Source: a bacterium
Lineage (GTDB): Bacteria > Sysuimicrobiota > Sysuimicrobiia > Sysuimicrobiales > Kaftiobacteriaceae
Length of the DNA: 19,371 nucleotides
Assembly (NCBI GenBank): GCA_044868695.1
Contig: JBIOWP010000005.1
Location: 1 to 19,371, forward strand
Direction: 5' to 3'
A program made the position numbers and the translations under genes. Shown here in pieces: positions 15,715 to 19,371 of the stretch. Below the pieces are notes generated by a model. That model was not told the DNA's origin. It was given only the letters and a program-made list of their open reading frames with translations, and made no database searches. Numbering within the stretch: position 1 is the first letter of the stretch; every line of letters begins with the position of its first letter.

Positions 15715-17786
15715 TGCGGAATCCGGGTGGACGGGGTCTGCAGGCGCTGAAGGCGTGCCCACAACACCTCGTTCGCGGGCGCGCGGGCAAGACCTTGAAC
15801 AAGGACCGCGGCGGCATCGGGTCTTCGGCCCTGCCGGACATAGATCGCCGCCAGGTCGAGCGCGGCGGGCATCCAGGTGGGATCGTCGCGCAGCAGTCCG
15901 GTCAAGACCTCTATCGCCTCCTGGGGCCGGCCGTCGCGGATCAGCCACGCGGCCCAATCCTGCTGCAACCCGGCCACTTCGGGCCACAGAAGAAGGTATG
16001 GGATTCCAGTCGCGAGCTGCCGCCCGACGTACCGCGCGGACGCATCGCGCAAGATTCGGCCGGCATCGGCCGCGCGGTCTTCCTGAACGTACAGGCGGGC
16101 CAGGCGGCGGTACGCTTCCGGCCGGTTCAGCGGATCAAGCTGGATGGCGTACCGCAGGAGGGAATCAGTCTCCGTCACCCGTGCGGTCCCAGGCGGCGCG
16201 GTGAGGACTCCGGCCAGCTGGAGCGGATGTGAGGCGTTCATCCGGTCCAGTGCCATCGCCCGGTGGAGCACCACCTCGGCCAGCTCCCGGTCCGGTGAGG
16301 CGGACCGCATCACTGCCGCGGCGCGGGCCGCGTAATACTGCGCCTGCAGCGGGTTCCACCGCGCAGCCCGCGCATACGCCTGCGCGGCGGCCGGCCAATT
16401 CCCTGCGCGGGCGAACACCTGCCCCCGCAGGGACTCGCGCTGGGCGGCCCAGCCGAAGACCACAGCCACGACCGCAAGGCACAGCGCCGCCGCGGCGGCA
16501 AACCGCCCGCTCGGCGCGCGCGCCGGCACGGTTTCGCCGGACGCCACCCGCTCGATCGAAGCAAGCATCCCGATGAGCGCCGCTGCCGTCGCGGGATTGG
16601 CGGGAAACATCCAATTCATCTCGATCGCGCTGTGGGCGAAGAACACCAGAAGCGCAACGCCGATCCCGGCGGTCAGCGGAAAGAGGTCGGTGTGCTGTGA
16701 GCGGCGATGCGCCCGGCGCCACACCATTCCAGTCGTCCCCAGGACCGCCGTGAGCGCGACCAATCCCGGGACGCCTGTCTCTGCCGCCGTCTGCAGGTAG
16801 AGGTTGTGCGCATCGGTCGCATAGAACCGCACGTCGCGCTGGTAGGCGGCGTGCATGGCCCCGAAGGTCCCCGCACCGGCGCCGGCCGGATGATCCAGGA
16901 AGATTGCCCACGCGGCCCGCCAGAAGTGCGCGCGGCCCTGGATCGAGAGTTGTCTCGCCACGGCATCCGCGGCCGCGCGTTTTTCGTCCTGCCCGACTCC
17001 CAGGACGGCGCCCTGCGTCACCACGACGGCCGCGGCGAGCACGGCCCCGGTGAGGAGCAGCCCCCGCCCCACCGCCCGCTTCCACGCCGAGGGTTGCAGC
17101 ACAATGACCACAAGCGGCAGGACGACCAGCAGGCTCAGCATGGCCCCGCGCGAGTAGGTCAGCACCAGCGCGGTCCCCAGCAGCGTGGCGAGCATCCCGT
17201 GGGCCACCGCGTCCCTGCGGGTACCGGCCCACACGGTGCGACAGATCTCAATGGGCAGCGCGAGCAGCAGAAACGCCGCAAACGGGTTGGGCCAGTAGAA
17301 CGTCGAGTACCAGCGCATGGCGGGGTTGCCGGCTCCCCAAAACGTGAACAGCGCGACAAGGCACAGCCATCCCGCGATGACGACGATGGTGTCGGCGAGC
17401 CAACGGATCCCGCGGGCACTCGTCACCGAGGCGCCCACCGCGGCTGTGATCCCCGCGTACATCAGCCACTGCAGCAGCACGCCGACGGTCGCCGCCGGTC
17501 GGACCGACCAGATCGTGCTGACGGCAGTCACCACGATTATTGCGATCATCGCGCTCGCGACCGGTGTCGGGGAGATCCGCCCGGCCAGCAGGAGCGCGAT
17601 GACGGTCAGGTAGATCGCGATCTGCGCGAACGCCAGCGTCGGCGCGTGCCGCCCTCCGTCGCTGAGCGCCAGCTTGAACAAAACGATCCCCACCAGCAGG
17701 GAAGCCAGCGAGGGCATCGGGATGCGCGCGCTTATCAGGCGCCGCGCCGCGAGGACCCGGTTGAAGGCAACCGCAACGGCACTCAT
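15711..17786 (-). CDS. O-antigen ligase family (Wzy_C) membrane protein with C-terminal TPR repeats; candidate O-oligosaccharyltransferase, ~690 aa
   Basis: STFYWPNPFAAFL, LTYSRGA, GRAHFWRAAW..F..HPAGAGAGTF, DAHNLYLQTAAETG. TPR-like helices end RWNP, ALDR, QLDP, RDDP and RAP. The start is uncertain (17861, 17786 or later). Confidence 0.85.
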   Translation of the reverse strand: MSAVAVAFNRVLAARRLISARIPMPSLASLLVGIVLFKLALSDGGRHAPTLAFAQIAIYLTVIALLLAGRISPTPVASAMIAIIVVTAVSTIWSVRPAATVGVLLQWLMYAGITAAVGASVTSARGIRWLADTIVVIAGWLCLVALFTFWGAGNPAMRWYSTFYWPNPFAAFLLLALPIEICRTVWAGTRRDAVAHGMLATLLGTALVLTYSRGAMLSLLVVLPLVVIVLQPSAWKRAVGRGLLLTGAVLAAAVVVTQGAVLGVGQDEKRAAADAVARQLSIQGRAHFWRAAWAIFLDHPAGAGAGTFGAMHAAYQRDVRFYATDAHNLYLQTAAETGVPGLVALTAVLGTTGMVWRRAHRRSQHTDLFPLTAGIGVALLVFFAHSAIEMNWMFPANPATAAALIGMLASIERVASGETVPARAPSGRFAAAAALCLAVVAVVFGWAAQRESLRGQVFARAGNWPAAAQAYARAARWNPLQAQYYAARAAAVMRSASPDRELAEVVLHRAMALDRMNASHPLQLAGVLTAPPGTARVTETDSLLRYAIQLDPLNRPEAYRRLARLYVQEDRAADAGRILRDASARYVGRQLATGIPYLLLWPEVAGLQQDWAAWLIRDGRPQEAIEVLTGLLRDDPTWMPAALDLAAIYVRQGRRPDAAAVLVQGLARAPANEVLWARLQRLQTPSTRIPQ

Positions 17787-17898
17787 CACGTATTCATCTT
17801 GCCCGAAGGCGGAATCGATAGGCACCGCACGCCGGCGGGTAGAGGAATCCCGGCCACGCATCGCCTACAAGTGACAAGAGGGACTGGGGGTCTGTAGG

Positions 17899-18615
17899 AT
17901 GAGCCGGATGTGCTCACAGGTCCTTGACGAAGTTCACCGGTCGATCCTTGGCCTGGTGCGGCAGATCGCGTCGTCGGACGGGATCACCTCACTGCTGGAT
18001 GTCGGCTGCTGGGACGGCGGCACCACCCTTGAATACGCCCGGGCCGCGGGGGGAGCGCGCGCCTACGGCGTGGAGGTGTTCGCAGACCCCGCGTCACGGG
18101 CGACCGCGCGCGGCGTGTCGGTGGCCGTGATGGATCTCGAACGGGACGTGTTCCCCTGGTCCGACCAGGCGATGGATCTGGTCGTGTGCAACCAGGTCTT
18201 CGAGCACCTGAAGAACGTGTGGCTGCCGATGTCGGAGATCGCACGCGTCCTCCGCGTCGGCGGCCACCTACTGTTCTCGGTCCCCAACCTCGCGAGTCTG
18301 CACAACCGGGTCCTGCTGGCCGCCGGAGTGCAGCCGACATCCATCCGCACGTTCGGCCCCCATGTGCGCGGGTTCACGCTCGGCCAGGCGCGAGGACTCC
18401 TCTGCGCCGGCGGGGTGTTCCGGATCCGCCGAACGGCCGCCGCCGGCTTCTATCCATTCCCGGCACGCTGGGCGCGGCCGCTCGCCGCGCTGTTCCCGGG
18501 TGCCGCCCACACCTCGCTCCTGCTGGCGCAGAAGAAGGAGCACCGGTCGGAATGGCCGTGGACCACGTATGCCCGCGTTCCCCAGGCTACGGCGTGGACG
18601 CAGGAATCGGCGTAG
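17899..18615 (+). CDS. Class I SAM-dependent methyltransferase, ~238 aa
   Basis: Motif I LLDVGCWDG, YGVE, DLVVCNQVFEHL, RVLRVGGHLLFSVPN. It is the only credible + strand gene. Confidence 0.88.
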   Translation: MSRMCSQVLDEVHRSILGLVRQIASSDGITSLLDVGCWDGGTTLEYARAAGGARAYGVEVFADPASRATARGVSVAVMDLERDVFPWSDQAMDLVVCNQVFEHLKNVWLPMSEIARVLRVGGHLLFSVPNLASLHNRVLLAAGVQPTSIRTFGPHVRGFTLGQARGLLCAGGVFRIRRTAAAGFYPFPARWARPLAALFPGAAHTSLLLAQKKEHRSEWPWTTYARVPQATAWTQESA

Positions 18616-19371
18616 CCGCCGGCTTCTGGACTGCTTCCCATCCACTGGCGGCACCGGCCAGGAGCCACACGAGCGGCGCCAGCGCGACGACGCTGAATGA
18701 AAACTGGACCTGCGTGAGATACGCGGTCACGGCGGCGAGCCATCCCGCCGCGAGCAGCTGCGACTCACCGGCCGCCCGGCGACGCAGCCGTGAGGCGCTC
18801 GAGACGATCAGGACCCACACGGCCGCATAGACGGCTGCCCCGGGGACGCCGATCGAGACCGCCATCTGCAGGAGATCGTTGTGCGCCTTATCGACGACGA
18901 TTGGCCGGACCCCGAACACGCTGACGAGAGATGGCCGGTCGTACGGGAACACCTCCCGCAGCGTTTCGATCCCCCATCCCAGCAGCGGCCTCGCGGGAAT
19001 CAGATCGAGGGTCCGATCCCAGATGTACAGCCGCTGGGCCAGGGATCCCGATCCTGTCTCCACCGACGCCGACACACGCGCTCCAACCAGCATGGGCGAT
19101 CCGACCACGGCAACCAGCAGGGTGATGGCCACGACGGCGGCAGCGACCATGCCGGCCGCCAGCGCCCACTGGCGGCGCCAGACGTCGCGACCGGCGGCGA
19201 GACCGAGCACGGCCAGGCCCGCCACGGCGGCCAGCCAGGCCCCCCGGGTCAGGGTCAGAGCCGCGTCGACGACCGCCAGGCACGACATGAGCAGCCACCC
19301 AAATCGGCGCACGCCCTGACTCCCTGCGGCGAGGACCAGCAGCAGCGGGATCATGAACGCCAGGTACCCGC
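18587..19371 (-). CDS. O-antigen ligase family (Wzy_C) membrane protein, 5'-truncated by the window edge
   Basis: The frame stays open to the window end (..GYLAFMIPLL); LTLTRGAWLA, QRLYIW...RPLLGWG, DKAHNDLLQMAVSIG. No TPR tail. Confidence 0.85.
   Translation of the reverse strand, partial: GYLAFMIPLLLVLAAGSQGVRRFGWLLMSCLAVVDAALTLTRGAWLAAVAGLAVLGLAAGRDVWRRQWALAAGMVAAAVVAITLLVAVVGSPMLVGARVSASVETGSGSLAQRLYIWDRTLDLIPARPLLGWGIETLREVFPYDRPSLVSVFGVRPIVVDKAHNDLLQMAVSIGVPGAAVYAAVWVLIVSSASRLRRRAAGESQLLAAGWLAAVTAYLTQVQFSFSVVALAPLVWLLAGAASGWEAVQKPAATPIPASTP

Noticed and set aside
1..19371. CRISPR arrays, tRNA/rRNA, IS elements, phase-variable simple repeats
   Set aside because: None visible. The window is almost entirely coding, and the G7 run at 914-920 is in frame within pilX and too short to call a contingency tract.

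Overview
High-GC bacterial window containing 16 tightly packed genes, 15 on the minus strand. In transcription order (right to left) there are three modules. (1) Glycan synthesis and transfer: a partial O-antigen-ligase-family gene, one opposite-strand SAM methyltransferase, an O-antigen ligase/O-oligosaccharyltransferase-like protein with TPRs, a sulfotransferase, a Wzx-type flippase, GT2, GT4, a WcaJ/WbaP-like priming transferase and a second GT4. (2) A MoxR AAA+ ATPase / DUF58 / TgpA-like membrane transglutaminase triad. (3) A type IV pilus module: prepilin peptidase PilD plus FimU/T-, PilV-, PilW- and a large Cys-rich PilX-like pilin. Nine 4-nt stop/start overlaps link the genes, two of them across module boundaries. 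A near-consensus sigma-54 promoter lies before the pilins. The main hypothesis (inference) is a pilus or surface-protein maturation locus that adds a sulfated, possibly methylated, oligosaccharide and perhaps cross-links the products. No RNA genes, CRISPR arrays or mobile elements were seen. Family calls come from motif recognition by eye, not from database searches.
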